NCBI GenBank assembly: GCA_048885525.1
Contig: JBHLLP010000003.1
Location: 1-64,000 of the forward strand
Length of the DNA stretch: 64,000 nt
Source of the DNA: Candidatus Hermodarchaeota archaeon
GTDB lineage: Archaea > Asgardarchaeota > Lokiarchaeia > Sigyniarchaeales > SOKP01
Direction of reading: 5' to 3'
Part shown: one piece after another, positions 18,916 through 29,802 of the stretch
How the letters are laid out: the number at the start of each line of letters is the position of its first letter
Position numbering within the stretch: the first letter of the stretch is position 1
Translations under genes and position numbers: made by a program
Notes under the pieces: model-generated
The model's database searches: none
Told to the model about the DNA's origin: nothing
Seen by the model: the letters and a program-made list of their open reading frames with translations, nothing else

Positions 18916-20058
18916 ATGGACTATTGGACATTAGTTGATAGTATTTATAATGTAACGTTGTCGCTTTCCTTTTTTATCCTTACTGTTTTGATGCTTCATA
19001 TTGGTCGAAAGGGAATTAAAGCAAATAACAAGTATGGTGGAATTACTACAATTATCTGTGGTTTTTGTTTCGTAATTTTTGGATATTATAATTCTATTAT
19101 TACATTTTTTCCGTATCCATATAACGGATTTATGGTATGGTGGATAGGGATTATATTATTACTAAGTTTTTCATTTTTTGCATTGGTTAAAAGAGAAATA
19201 CGAAAAATGGAGTCAGGAATTGAAGCAAGAGTCTTAAAGAGCGGAAAAAAAACAGTTTTAAGAAGATATATAGAGAGAATGACAAAAGAAAATCCTTACC
19301 AAGTAGATATAAACTTTAAAATGGAGTTAATTAGAAAAAGTTTTCATTTAATGGGCTTTCTTCTTGTTATGGCATACTTTGGGTTCTTTGCATTGTATCC
19401 AGTTACTCGAATAATAAGTGATAGTGTAATTGTGTTAATCAATGACATTCAACCTGCCTATGAATTAATTTGGGGCCCAATTTCTTTGTTTCCATATATT
19501 CATGGAGAATTTCAAGCGGTAATTGATCTTACAATGATGGCTTTGATTGGAGCGTTAATTTTTGCTATAATCTCTGACCTCATTCGGATAATATGGAGTC
19601 CAGAGTACTCAATTTTTAACTTTTTGACAAGATCAATGTTAAGAAATAAAGAGATTAATGCTATGGGTCCGCAAATTTACATTATTACAGGATTCATCTT
19701 TTCTTATATGCTTTATATGGTAGGATTTCTCGATATTTTATCATTTTTTGCAGGAGTTCTTATTGCTTGTCTCTCAGATGCCGCAGCTGCGTTAATTGGA
19801 AGAAGATATGGGAAACATAAGGTTAAAGTAAGAAGTAGAGATACCAAATCAGTAGAGGGTTTTCTTGCAGGAACAATTCTTGCTTATCTAATTGGTTTAT
19901 TACTCGTAGGACCGATATATGCGATAATTGGAGCAGTTATTTTCTTTCTTACCGATTATTTTCCAGTTTATACAGCAGATAATATTTTGAACCCGATATT
20001 TATACCTCTTGGAATTCAAATATTTATTATCCTATTGGGATTACCAGTTGGTTGGTAA
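18916..20058 (+). CDS. CTP-dependent polyprenol/diacylglycerol kinase-like membrane protein (SEC59/DGK1/VTE5 family)
   Basis: RKSFHL, SDAAAALIGRRYGKHK, KSVEGFLAG, DNILNP; multi-TM. Confidence 0.8.
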   Translation: MDYWTLVDSIYNVTLSLSFFILTVLMLHIGRKGIKANNKYGGITTIICGFCFVIFGYYNSIITFFPYPYNGFMVWWIGIILLLSFSFFALVKREIRKMESGIEARVLKSGKKTVLRRYIERMTKENPYQVDINFKMELIRKSFHLMGFLLVMAYFGFFALYPVTRIISDSVIVLINDIQPAYELIWGPISLFPYIHGEFQAVIDLTMMALIGALIFAIISDLIRIIWSPEYSIFNFLTRSMLRNKEINAMGPQIYIITGFIFSYMLYMVGFLDILSFFAGVLIACLSDAAAALIGRRYGKHKVKVRSRDTKSVEGFLAGTILAYLIGLLLVGPIYAIIGAVIFFLTDYFPVYTADNILNPIFIPLGIQIFIILLGLPVGW

Positions 20059-20065
20059 TAAAACT

Positions 20066-20914
20066 ATGCATGAGTTAATCGACGAGTTAAAAGATATTAA
20101 ATTAGCGATATTTGATCTTGATGGTGTAATTTATCGTGGTGAAAGCTTAATCCCTAATGCTGATAAAATAATAAAAGAGCTAAAAAACATTTCAATTAAA
20201 ATTGTGTATAATTCTAATAATTCAACAGCAACAAGACAAACCTATGTTGAAAGATTGGAAAAATTTAATATAAAATGTGAAATCTCCGATATTTACACAA
20301 GTGCTTCAATTACCTCTGCTGAAATAACGAAGATAAAGAAAAATGCTAAAATATTTGTGATTGGAGAAAAAGGATTAAGATTAGAACTACAATCTTTAGG
20401 TCATACGATTGTAACTAAACCAAGAGATTATAAAGATATAGATTTTGTAATTGTAGGGCTTGATAGAGATTTTAAATATAGTAATTTAGCAATTGCTCAG
20501 AAGTGTATTCTAGAAGGTAATGCTCGATTTTATGCAACAAATGCCGATTCGACTTTACCTGTTGCTCGAGGATTAAAACCAGGAGCGGGAGTAATGGTGA
20601 ATGCTTTAATAACTTGTACCAATAAACACCCTGTTAGAATTTTTGGTAAACCCGAACCATTTGGTATTAATATGATATTGAATAATACACAAACAGCCGC
20701 GGAACACGCTTGTATTTTTGGCGATCGCTTGAATACTGACATTTTAGCAGGTAATAGAGCTGGTATAAAAACTATAGTAGTATTCACTGGGGTTACAAAC
20801 ATGGAAATGATTAAAGAATTAAAAAGGAAGTCTAAAAATTCAAACCTGTTTGATATAAATTTAATCCCAGATATCATAATAAATAAGTTAGATGAGATTT
20901 TTAAGAAAAAATAG
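20066..20914 (+). CDS. HAD-IIA hydrolase (NagD-like)
   Basis: FDLDGVIY, NNS, GKP, GDRLNTDI; ATG at 20066 preferred over overlapping start 20009. Confidence 0.9.
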   Translation: MHELIDELKDIKLAIFDLDGVIYRGESLIPNADKIIKELKNISIKIVYNSNNSTATRQTYVERLEKFNIKCEISDIYTSASITSAEITKIKKNAKIFVIGEKGLRLELQSLGHTIVTKPRDYKDIDFVIVGLDRDFKYSNLAIAQKCILEGNARFYATNADSTLPVARGLKPGAGVMVNALITCTNKHPVRIFGKPEPFGINMILNNTQTAAEHACIFGDRLNTDILAGNRAGIKTIVVFTGVTNMEMIKELKRKSKNSNLFDINLIPDIIINKLDEIFKKK

Positions 20915-20933
20915 AATCTTTAGTTTTAGTTTT

Positions 20934-21467
20934 TTATAATACACTCGCTCTATTCATCATCCAACGGCTAATTTCTTGAAAAATTTCTCCTACATTTTGG
21001 CCATCTTTCGCAGAGCATTCGATATAACCTAAAAGATTGTGTTCCTTAGCTAATTCTAATGCTTCTTCGCTTGAAACAGCCCTTTTATACTCAAGATCTA
21101 ATTTACTTCCTACCATCAAAACAGGTATTTGGTTAGTATCCCCTTTATAACCTTGTTTAAAAATTTCAATCCAATCATTAAAATTTCTGAGGCTAGTATA
21201 TCTTGTAATATCATACATAAAGATCCCACCAGATGCTCCAACAACATAGCTAGGCATAAGAAATCTAAATCTATCTTCCCCTGCAAAATCCCAGATTTGT
21301 AAACTTACTCGTTTTCCAGCAGTTTCAACCTTTTTTACATGGAAATCTACTCCTATCGTGATAACACTATCACTCTTAAAAACACCAGTAAGATAACGGT
21401 TTATTAAAGTGGTTTTGCCAACACCACCATCTCCAAAAAACACGACTTTAAACATTGCATCAGCCAT
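20934..21467 (-). CDS. Rab-like small GTPase
   Basis: GDGGVGKT, TIGVDF, WDFAGE, GSKLD, CSAK; no C-terminal prenylation Cys. Confidence 0.93.
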   Translation of the reverse strand: MADAMFKVVFFGDGGVGKTTLINRYLTGVFKSDSVITIGVDFHVKKVETAGKRVSLQIWDFAGEDRFRFLMPSYVVGASGGIFMYDITRYTSLRNFNDWIEIFKQGYKGDTNQIPVLMVGSKLDLEYKRAVSSEEALELAKEHNLLGYIECSAKDGQNVGEIFQEISRWMMNRASVL

Positions 21468-21736
21468 TTTTATCTCCTGATTTTTCTGCGTGAATATTTA
21501 TATATTTTGTTATTCGATCTTTATAAATCTTATTGATAAACCACAGCTTAGTCAAAATTATAATTTAGAAACTTTTTGGTTGATAAGATTTGATATTATT
21601 TATTTTATAATTATAATATATTAGATTTATAAAAGTAATTGGTTTTAGATACCTAATAATCTCAAATTTAAAATATTTTTTACAATATATAAAAAGAAAT
21701 ATTTCTAAACAGAAAAATTTTTGGTAGGTTTTAATT

Positions 21737-22891
21737 ATGTCTACAAAAGTAAGTATCATAAACGTAAGAGATTATGAATCTATTCCCAAAGCTGTAGTTG
21801 GGGCTATAAAATTAATTGAAGACAATTTATCATTCGATTTCACTAATTCTAAAAACATTCTTTTAAAACCTAATTTGCTTAGAGCGAGGAAAGATGCATG
21901 TACACAGCCTAGTTTCGTCGAGGGGATCATTTCTTATTTAAAAGAAAAGGGAATTTCTATGAATAATGTCTTTCTTGGAGATTCTCCTGGTCAACAGGGA
22001 AAAAATGCATCTGATGTCGTAAAAGAAATTGGATTGTTGGAAGTTTGTGAAAAAAGCGGTATAAAAGTTGTTGATTTTGAAAGTGATGCTCCAGTCGCAG
22101 AAATGATCGAAGAAGCTATACAAATGAAACAATCACATATCGCTAAAGTCATTAAAGATTGTGATATTTTAGTAAATTTACCACGACTTAAAAGTCATGC
22201 AGAAGCTATGATTACAGGCGCAATAAAGAACTATTGGGGCATAATTCCAGGAGGACTAAAAGCTAAATATCACTTATTAGGGAAGACTGCAGACAGATTT
22301 GGAGAGGTTTTAGCAGATAATTTTTCATGGATTTTAAAAAATAAACCAAAAAGACTAACCGTATATGACTTACAAGAGATTATGGAAGGTGCAGCAGGAC
22401 CTGTATCAGGAAAAATGGTTAAATGGGATTTAATTTTAGTAGGGACAGATGAGTTGGCTCTTGACGTGGTTGCTTTAGAAATTGGAAAAGTTAAAACGAA
22501 AAATGTCCCTCATATTAGAAATGCGATTGAAAGAGATTTAGGAGTTGGAGATTTAGACAAAATAGAGATTGTTGGAATGTCTTTGGAAGATGCTAAAAAG
22601 CAAACCCCTAAATTTAATGTCCCTGGAAGCATTATGACAAGTTTTATTAGTTACATGTCTGGGCATCTTGCTTATAAGGTAATGAAAAAAATCCCTAGTT
22701 TAGTAAAATCAAAATGTGCACAATGTGGCCAATGTGCTCAAATATGTCCGGTAGAAGCAATAAAATTTATAGAAGGGAAATATCCAGAGTACTTAAGAAA
22801 AAAATGTATTTCCTGCTTATGTTGTATGGAATTATGCCCTGAAAATGCAATAATCGCCAAAAGTAGGGGAATAGGAGGATTATTCGATTAA
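21737..22891 (+). CDS. DUF362 family protein with 2x[4Fe-4S] ferredoxin domain
   Basis: LLKPNL, NLPRLKSH, GAIKNYWG; CAQCGQCAQICP and CISCLCCMELCP. Confidence 0.9.
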   Translation: MSTKVSIINVRDYESIPKAVVGAIKLIEDNLSFDFTNSKNILLKPNLLRARKDACTQPSFVEGIISYLKEKGISMNNVFLGDSPGQQGKNASDVVKEIGLLEVCEKSGIKVVDFESDAPVAEMIEEAIQMKQSHIAKVIKDCDILVNLPRLKSHAEAMITGAIKNYWGIIPGGLKAKYHLLGKTADRFGEVLADNFSWILKNKPKRLTVYDLQEIMEGAAGPVSGKMVKWDLILVGTDELALDVVALEIGKVKTKNVPHIRNAIERDLGVGDLDKIEIVGMSLEDAKKQTPKFNVPGSIMTSFISYMSGHLAYKVMKKIPSLVKSKCAQCGQCAQICPVEAIKFIEGKYPEYLRKKCISCLCCMELCPENAIIAKSRGIGGLFD

Positions 22892-22892
22892 A

Positions 22893-24308
22893 TTACAAAT
22901 TCTTTTTCACGAGTTTTGAATAATAGTTTAGGAAATAATAATATGATAATCTACTATTAATTATTGAGTCATATTGAATAAATTCATTTGCGGAATGGGC
23001 AAATCCACCAATACCTAAACCTCCAGTGATAAAATCCAAACCTAATTCTCTTTGAACTCTACTTAAAGGAGCTGCAGCAGCGCTTAAAGGCCATAATTCA
23101 GTCAATACCTTTAAAGCATTAGCACTTTCTATAAGACTCTTAACAAGTTTTGAATCTTTCCTTACTCGAGAACTCTCATAACCTATATTTTTAGTTATTT
23201 CAATTTGAGAATTAGTCTTTTTGGAAAATTCTTCGACTTTTTCTTTAATTTCTTTAAATATTTCTTCAATTTTAACATCATGAGCGAATCTAATATCTAA
23301 GTTACAAATAGCTTTATTAGGAACATAATTTTTTGTCCCTTCTTCCAAAAATCCTGATTTCAAGGTGGAGATATTAAAGGTAGGTTTAAATAAATAGTTA
23401 ATAAATGTTTTTTCAGGATCTTTTTCAGTTGTTTGTTCAATGCCTGCTTTTTTTTTTATACTTTCAATATCAAGCTCTTTCATAAGATTCCTTATGATAT
23501 ACCTATCGTCAGGTGAAATTTTATAGAGGCTTTTTAAACTATTTATCTGAAATTTGTTATCAGAGTATATTGTATTAAGTAAAGAAACTAAATCCATAGC
23601 AGGATTCGGGATCATTCCACTAAAAGCTGAATGTGGTTCCCTATTTCTAGATGAAATTTTAATTGTAAGTGATAAAACTCCTTTGTATCCTAATTTTAAA
23701 ATAGATTTTTTATTAAGATCTTGTTTAGTTGCAGGGTAATAAGCGTCAAGACAATTTTTAAACATTGTTCCATAATTTTTGCTTTCAAGGAATTTTAATA
23801 ATGAAGGTGAACCCTTTTCCTCATCACCATCAAATAAAAGGATTAAAGAGATAGGTAATTTCTGTTCTTTTTTCAAAATTTTTACTATATTTAAAAAGCA
23901 TAATAATGGTGTTTTTGAATTATAAGCTCCTCGGGCTATGATACAATTTCCTAAATTATCAAGGGGAGTTGGAAGTATTTTTATTTCTGCACCAAATGGA
24001 TCACTAATCCATTCATATTCTTTACTAACAGGTTGCGTATCATACATCATATAGATTAACAGGGAGTCCTCGAGATCTCCTTTTACATTAGCAATTATTA
24101 GAGGATTTAAATCAATATTGTATTCATTTATATCTTCAGAAAAATCTGAGATGTAAGAAAGAAGGTAATTTTTAGTTCTTTTAATACCATTTTGATTAAG
24201 AGTATTACTCGGAATTTTTAAAAAGGGACGTAATTCATTTTCAATAAATTCCTCATTAGAATTTTTTATAAGAGCAATTAATTTTGTTTCAGAATTCAAT
24301 TTTTCCAT
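22893..24308 (-). CDS. M20/M25/M40 family metallopeptidase
   Basis: YDTQP, ARGAYNSK, DEEKGS, AHSANE; some metal ligands divergent. Confidence 0.85.
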   Translation of the reverse strand: MEKLNSETKLIALIKNSNEEFIENELRPFLKIPSNTLNQNGIKRTKNYLLSYISDFSEDINEYNIDLNPLIIANVKGDLEDSLLIYMMYDTQPVSKEYEWISDPFGAEIKILPTPLDNLGNCIIARGAYNSKTPLLCFLNIVKILKKEQKLPISLILLFDGDEEKGSPSLLKFLESKNYGTMFKNCLDAYYPATKQDLNKKSILKLGYKGVLSLTIKISSRNREPHSAFSGMIPNPAMDLVSLLNTIYSDNKFQINSLKSLYKISPDDRYIIRNLMKELDIESIKKKAGIEQTTEKDPEKTFINYLFKPTFNISTLKSGFLEEGTKNYVPNKAICNLDIRFAHDVKIEEIFKEIKEKVEEFSKKTNSQIEITKNIGYESSRVRKDSKLVKSLIESANALKVLTELWPLSAAAAPLSRVQRELGLDFITGGLGIGGFAHSANEFIQYDSIINSRLSYYYFLNYYSKLVKKNL

Positions 24309-24341
24309 ATTATATTATAATAATTAAATAGTTTTATTTAA

Positions 24342-24761
24342 TTGTCCATATTTATAGAAACTGAAATATTTAATTTGATGAATTATATGAATCATTCTAA
24401 TTCAAATAAATACAAAGAAGCATTTCAACTGGCTAATGAAATTAAGAATAAGGGAAATCTAGAAGGGATAATTTTTGCCTACAGAGATGGAGTACTCATA
24501 TATGAAAATGTAGGAGATGAATTTAATAGCAAAAACTTTACTTCTATGTGTGCCACTGTTTTAGAAAGTGCAGTAGGTATAGGAGAAACAATAGGCAATC
24601 AAAAATTCAAAAAAGTTATTGCTGAATTAGAAGAAAAAACAATATTAATTTTTGAATGTAACATTACTACTTTTTTTATATTGATTTTAAATCGAGAATC
24701 TAATATCTCATATATTATGAATAAATTAGAGGAAATAATCGAAAAAGTTAATAAGATGTAA
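24342..24761 (+). CDS. Roadblock/LC7-like protein
   Basis: GIIFAYRDGVLI, FTSMCATVLESA; true start may be a downstream ATG. Confidence 0.75.
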   Translation: MSIFIETEIFNLMNYMNHSNSNKYKEAFQLANEIKNKGNLEGIIFAYRDGVLIYENVGDEFNSKNFTSMCATVLESAVGIGETIGNQKFKKVIAELEEKTILIFECNITTFFILILNRESNISYIMNKLEEIIEKVNKM

Positions 24762-24811
24762 TTTTACCTTGATTTTTTTTTTAAGATTCTATTAGAGATG
24801 GGATTGAATTT

Positions 24812-26482
24812 TTATAAATAATTCATCCAATCCTCATCAATACGATTCAAAGAACTTTCGATTGCTTTTCTTACTTCCCAATTATCATCTCCTAATGCCT
24901 GAATTAAATATTTAATTGCATCTTTGTTTCCAATTTCACCTAAGGCTTTAGCTGCAGATATTCTTATTTTAAAGTCATGTTCATTTAACAATTGAATAAA
25001 TGGGTCAATTGAGTGTACGTCTTTAAGTTTTCCTAAAGCCATTGCTGCCCAACTTTTTATATATACATCTTCATCATTTAAACAAGATATAAGTGAGTTA
25101 AATGATTCTGGACTTCCAATCCTTAATAAAATTTTAACTGCTGCCCTCCGAGTCTTCCAATTTTCACTCTTCAGTGATTTTATTGCAAAATCTACAACTT
25201 TTCTGTTCTCAAATTTAGTTAATGCATCCACAGCTACTCTCCTCACACTTCCATTTTCATCTTCAATTAAATTAAATATATGATCAATGGTATTTGGATC
25301 AGCAATTTCACCTACAATTTTAGTACAAAACATTCTAATTTGCCAAGATTTATCTGAAAGTGAGTTAACAATCTTACTATCAATATTATTATTCAAAATC
25401 CTTAATATAGACCTATAAGCAGAGCTCCTTAAGCTTGCTACTTTGCTATTAAACACAGATAATAATAAATCAATAGCATCAACATCTTTTAACATTCCTA
25501 ATAATTTTATCGCTTCTCTTCTTGCATTAATGTTTCTTCCTTTTATAATTTCATAAAGAGGTTCATATGATTTAGATTTATCAAAAATTTTGTAAAGAGC
25601 ATTTTTCGCAAGATTCCTGAATTTTGAATCAGGTTCTTTTAATAATTCCATTAATGGTTTGATTGCTTTCTTACTTCCAATATTACCTAATACTCGGATA
25701 ACTTCTTTCCTTACTTCAATATCTTGATCTTTTAAAAGAGCTATAATAAACTTTACATTCCTCAACTCAATTATCCCATCTAATGCTTTTACAGAATTTT
25801 TTCTTATTATTGAATCTTTATCTTTTAAAAATTTAATTAAAACCTCTTCACTATTTTTATTTTTTATTTTTCCAAGAATTACTGGAATTTCTCGCTTGAT
25901 GTAAATATCTTCTGTATTAATATATTCATTAATTGTTTTCAGATTTCCTTTTTTACCAATTTTTACAATAGCATCTAATAAGGAATCATGAATCTCAATG
26001 TTCCTAAAATGAAGAATATTCATTAATGGTGATAACACTTCACTGCTATTTGTTTTTCCTAATAGAATAATAGCTTCTTTTTTAGCTTCAATATCGGAAT
26101 CGCTTAAAGCATCAATGAGGAAGGGTATTGAATCATTTAAACTTCTTTGTCCAACATTTTCAATAAGTCTTTTTCTTACTGATCCATCTTTACAATTTTT
26201 ATATTGTTCTTTTAAGAAATCAATTCCGTCAATACCGTAACAGATGGTCAATAAATCGATTACTTTAAGCCTCAATTGAGGATGTTGGTCTTTTAGAAAA
26301 ATATTTTTTATATCTTGGAAACGAATTTTATCATTATCGCTATAAGAAGTTAGTAATTCAGCTGCCTTTAATTTGCTTTCCACATTTTTTGACGTAGATA
26401 ATATTGAAAGAAGCATTTCAATAGCTTCATTTTCTTCCATTGATTTTATCATTTCTATCAATTTTTCACTATTAAAACTCAA
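24812..26482 (-). CDS. HEAT (PBS lyase-like) repeat protein
   Basis: Many L..L.D.D..VR..A..ALG.IG repeats over 556 aa. Confidence 0.92.
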   Translation of the reverse strand: MSFNSEKLIEMIKSMEENEAIEMLLSILSTSKNVESKLKAAELLTSYSDNDKIRFQDIKNIFLKDQHPQLRLKVIDLLTICYGIDGIDFLKEQYKNCKDGSVRKRLIENVGQRSLNDSIPFLIDALSDSDIEAKKEAIILLGKTNSSEVLSPLMNILHFRNIEIHDSLLDAIVKIGKKGNLKTINEYINTEDIYIKREIPVILGKIKNKNSEEVLIKFLKDKDSIIRKNSVKALDGIIELRNVKFIIALLKDQDIEVRKEVIRVLGNIGSKKAIKPLMELLKEPDSKFRNLAKNALYKIFDKSKSYEPLYEIIKGRNINARREAIKLLGMLKDVDAIDLLLSVFNSKVASLRSSAYRSILRILNNNIDSKIVNSLSDKSWQIRMFCTKIVGEIADPNTIDHIFNLIEDENGSVRRVAVDALTKFENRKVVDFAIKSLKSENWKTRRAAVKILLRIGSPESFNSLISCLNDEDVYIKSWAAMALGKLKDVHSIDPFIQLLNEHDFKIRISAAKALGEIGNKDAIKYLIQALGDDNWEVRKAIESSLNRIDEDWMNYL

Positions 26483-26608
26483 TTTTAAAACCTTAAGATA
26501 TACTTATTGTGAGTAAAGTAAAGTAAACAAAAAAATCTTTGAAATATTAATAAAAAGATGATTTATTTATTTTTATTCTTTTAAGAAATATGGTTTGTAG
26601 CAATTAAT

Positions 26609-27451
26609 ATGACAAAATATAATATAAGAGAACTTACTGATAAAGAAATTTCCAAAAGTATAAACGTGTTGTATTCTTCTTTTGGGAGGGACCCTCCAGA
26701 AGATATTAAAGCAGAAGAAAAAATTTGGAAAGCTTTAATAGAATGGGAAATTGGAAAATTCCTTATTTCTGAAGAAAGAGGAAAGATTATAGGCTTAGGG
26801 GGGGTTTTCATATTTGAAAAAGTTAGTAGTTTTGGATACATGGCCGTATTGCAGGATTACAGAGGAAAAGGAATAGGAACTGAAATTTTTAGATATTTAT
26901 TAGAAATTTCAAATAATATGAATTGTGAGACGAAGATTCTTTACGCTTCCAAATTAGGAGAGCCAATATATAAGAGGTTTGGCTTTAAAAGAAGGTTTTA
27001 TAGTGAAATGTATCAATTGCCACAACATCCTCCAGAATTAGGAATTGTTCTTCAAGATATTAAGATTTTAAGTACAATTCCTGCTTGGGTGTTAAGTCTT
27101 GATAAGAAAGCAATAGGATTTGACAGGTCAAATTATTTAAACATGAGAATTAAATTGGGTGCTAAAATTTTAGCTATTGAAAATGAAGGATATGGATTAT
27201 TAGCGAATAAACGGTTAGGACCATTAGTTGCAACTGATTTAGATGTAGCTTTACAGGTAATTAATAGGAGTATAACTTTGGGGGCTAATCATATTATAAT
27301 AGCTCAACATCAAAATTTACCAAAGAGAATCTTTGAATTGATTTATTTAACTAAATTTGAAAATGGACCTAGTATAAAGATGGTATTAGGAAAAGAGATT
27401 AAAACAGAATTAGATTTACTCTACGCTATAGGCACTTTTGCGAAAGGTTGA
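26609..27451 (+). CDS. GNAT family N-acetyltransferase (YitH-like C-terminus)
   Basis: VLQDYRGKGIG, LYAS..G.PIYKRFGF, D..AIGFDRS, RLGPLVA. Confidence 0.85.
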   Translation: MTKYNIRELTDKEISKSINVLYSSFGRDPPEDIKAEEKIWKALIEWEIGKFLISEERGKIIGLGGVFIFEKVSSFGYMAVLQDYRGKGIGTEIFRYLLEISNNMNCETKILYASKLGEPIYKRFGFKRRFYSEMYQLPQHPPELGIVLQDIKILSTIPAWVLSLDKKAIGFDRSNYLNMRIKLGAKILAIENEGYGLLANKRLGPLVATDLDVALQVINRSITLGANHIIIAQHQNLPKRIFELIYLTKFENGPSIKMVLGKEIKTELDLLYAIGTFAKG

Positions 27452-27583
27452 GAAAAAGGTTCTTTTTTGTAGGCTCTGCTTAAATTTAAACCCAGGAGAT
27501 TTTAAAATACCTAAAATCAAATTTAATATAGCTTTATAAAAATAAAACACAAATTAAAAAATTATGTATAAAAAAAAATTCAT

Positions 27584-28597
27584 GTGAAGCCTATGGTTGA
27601 ATTCGAAATATGGCAACTTTATCGTAGTATGTTGTATAGTCGCCTTTTTGAAAATGCAGTAAAGGATTTATGGGAAAAAGGAAAGATTTCAGGTGAAATG
27701 CATCTAGGAACCGGAGAAGAAGCAATTATAGCCGGTATTGTCTTACAATTAGAAAACGGTGATGCTATAGCCGTTGATCACCGTGGAACACCTCCATTTA
27801 TAATGCGAGGAATAGATCCAATTTTATTATTACTAGAATTTTTAGGTCATCCTAAAGGTCTCTGTTCTGGGAAGGGAGGTCATATGCATCTCTTTTCGAA
27901 AGAACATCTTATTGCTTCTTCAGGTATTGTAGGATCTTCAGGTCCAGCAGCTACGGGATTTGCTTTGGCTTTGAAATATAAAGAACAAAAAAATATCGCA
28001 GTTGCATTCTTTGGAGAAGGAGCAATAAATCAAGGTATGATGCTTGAATCAATGAACTTAGCTTCTGTTTGGAATTTACCTGTCCTCTTTGTTTGTAAAG
28101 ATAATGATTGGGCTGCTAGTACAGATACAAATGATACTATAGGAGGGAGTTTGTTAGATAGAGCAAAAGGTTTTGGTATTGAAGGATACGAAGTTGATGG
28201 AAAGGATGTAGAAGTAGTTTGGAAAGCAGCAAACGAAGCTATCTCAAAAATCCGTAGTTATAATAGACCTCAATTTATTCATGCACATTGTGTGCATACA
28301 GAAGCGCATTTTCTTGGAGATCCACTACTGAGATATCAGCGAAATCCAAACTTATTAGCTGAAGTTGTCAAACCTCTCAAAGAATACCCAGGCGAAAGTT
28401 TAGATGAGATTCTTCTGCTTTTTCGGAAAATTGGTGGTCAAACAAAGAAAAAAGTAGATCCAATAGTTGTTACTCAGAAAAAATTAAAAAACGACCCAGA
28501 TCGTCTTAAAAAGATAGAAGAAGAGGTCTCAAGGAAAATAGAGCAAACTATTAATAAAGCATTAGAAATCTTTGAAGGAGGGATGAAAAATGCCTAG
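27584..28597 (+). CDS. TPP-dependent 2-oxoacid/acetoin dehydrogenase E1 alpha subunit
   Basis: HLGTGEEA, DHRG, GKGGHMH, GIVG, FFGEGA...KDN. Confidence 0.92.
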   Translation: MKPMVEFEIWQLYRSMLYSRLFENAVKDLWEKGKISGEMHLGTGEEAIIAGIVLQLENGDAIAVDHRGTPPFIMRGIDPILLLLEFLGHPKGLCSGKGGHMHLFSKEHLIASSGIVGSSGPAATGFALALKYKEQKNIAVAFFGEGAINQGMMLESMNLASVWNLPVLFVCKDNDWAASTDTNDTIGGSLLDRAKGFGIEGYEVDGKDVEVVWKAANEAISKIRSYNRPQFIHAHCVHTEAHFLGDPLLRYQRNPNLLAEVVKPLKEYPGESLDEILLLFRKIGGQTKKKVDPIVVTQKKLKNDPDRLKKIEEEVSRKIEQTINKALEIFEGGMKNA

Positions 28598-29603
28598 GTT
28601 AGGATTCGCTCAAGCAATTGAAAGTGCCATCGTTAAAGCTATGGAAGAAGATGAAAATATTGTTATTTTAGGAGAGGATGTACACGTATTGCGACCAAAT
28701 CTTTTTGTCCGTTTTGGTAAAAAAAGGATAATGCCCACACCTATAAGTGAGAGTGCCTTTGTAGGTGCTGCAGTCACAGCAGCAATGGCAGGCTTACGTC
28801 CTATTGTAGAAATTATGTTAGTAGATTTCATTGGAGTAACAATGGATGCCATCATTAATCATGCAGCAAAAATATCTTTCTTTTCAGGAAGTAAATGGAA
28901 TGTTCCTCTAGTTATAAGAACTGCATGTGGTGGTGGTTATGGTGATGCTGGGCAACATGAACAGAGTCTATGGGGTTGGTTAGCTCATATACCAGGACTA
29001 AATATTGTGGTTCCATCCAATCCTGCCGATGCAGGTGGGTTGATGCTTTCTTCTATTTATGAAAATAATCCTGTAATTTATTTTGAACATAAATTACTGG
29101 CAGATTACTGGCTAGATTTTATGGGTAGTGGTGGGAGAACAACAGTTTCTTTTGATGTTCCAGAAAAAGGATTAGATGGAGAAGTGCCTGATAAATGGGA
29201 ACCAATTCCTTTAGGTAAACTAAATTATATGAAGGAAGGAAATGATATCACTTTGGTTAGTGTTGGTGTTGGTGTTCATCGTTCCATTGAAGCTGCCAAT
29301 ATCTTAGAAGGAAAAGGAGTTTCAGCTGAAGTATTGGATCTAAGGTGTGTGGCTCCGCTAGACATCGAAGCAATAAAAAGCTCTGTAGGTAAAACAGGAG
29401 TCCTCTTAATAGTTGATGAAGATTACAAAAATTTTGGACTTTCAGGTGAAATATGTGCCATGCTTTTAGAAAATGATATATCATTCAAATTTGGTCGTGT
29501 TTGTACTGAAACTACCATTCCCTATTCAAGAGCGTTGGAGGACCAAGTTCTGCCGAATACAAATAGGATTGTAAATGAAACTATTAAAATTTTAAAGAAA
29601 TAA
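28590..29603 (+). CDS. 2-oxoacid/acetoin dehydrogenase E1 beta subunit
   Basis: LGEDV, TPISESAFVGAA, GLRPIVEIM, QHEQS, FEHK, LDLR. Confidence 0.93.
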   Translation: MPRLGFAQAIESAIVKAMEEDENIVILGEDVHVLRPNLFVRFGKKRIMPTPISESAFVGAAVTAAMAGLRPIVEIMLVDFIGVTMDAIINHAAKISFFSGSKWNVPLVIRTACGGGYGDAGQHEQSLWGWLAHIPGLNIVVPSNPADAGGLMLSSIYENNPVIYFEHKLLADYWLDFMGSGGRTTVSFDVPEKGLDGEVPDKWEPIPLGKLNYMKEGNDITLVSVGVGVHRSIEAANILEGKGVSAEVLDLRCVAPLDIEAIKSSVGKTGVLLIVDEDYKNFGLSGEICAMLLENDISFKFGRVCTETTIPYSRALEDQVLPNTNRIVNETIKILKK

Positions 29604-29802
29604 AGATTGATTTCTTAATTTTTCAATTCTAATTAAAACCAAAGTTTTTTTAATTAATCTTTATTAAAACTTAAGATTAAGCCATTTTCATAAAACATTA
29701 TAAATTGATATAACTGTTTATTATTCATACATTGACCTTTATATTGAATATTCAAAGTTGAAACCCCATTGAAAATATGTAATTAATGATATTTAACGCA
29801 AT

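Noticed and set aside
21565-21759. 64-aa minus-strand ORF in AT-rich intergenic DNA
   Set aside because: Low-complexity I/F/Y/K composition; overlaps the DUF362 start and promoter
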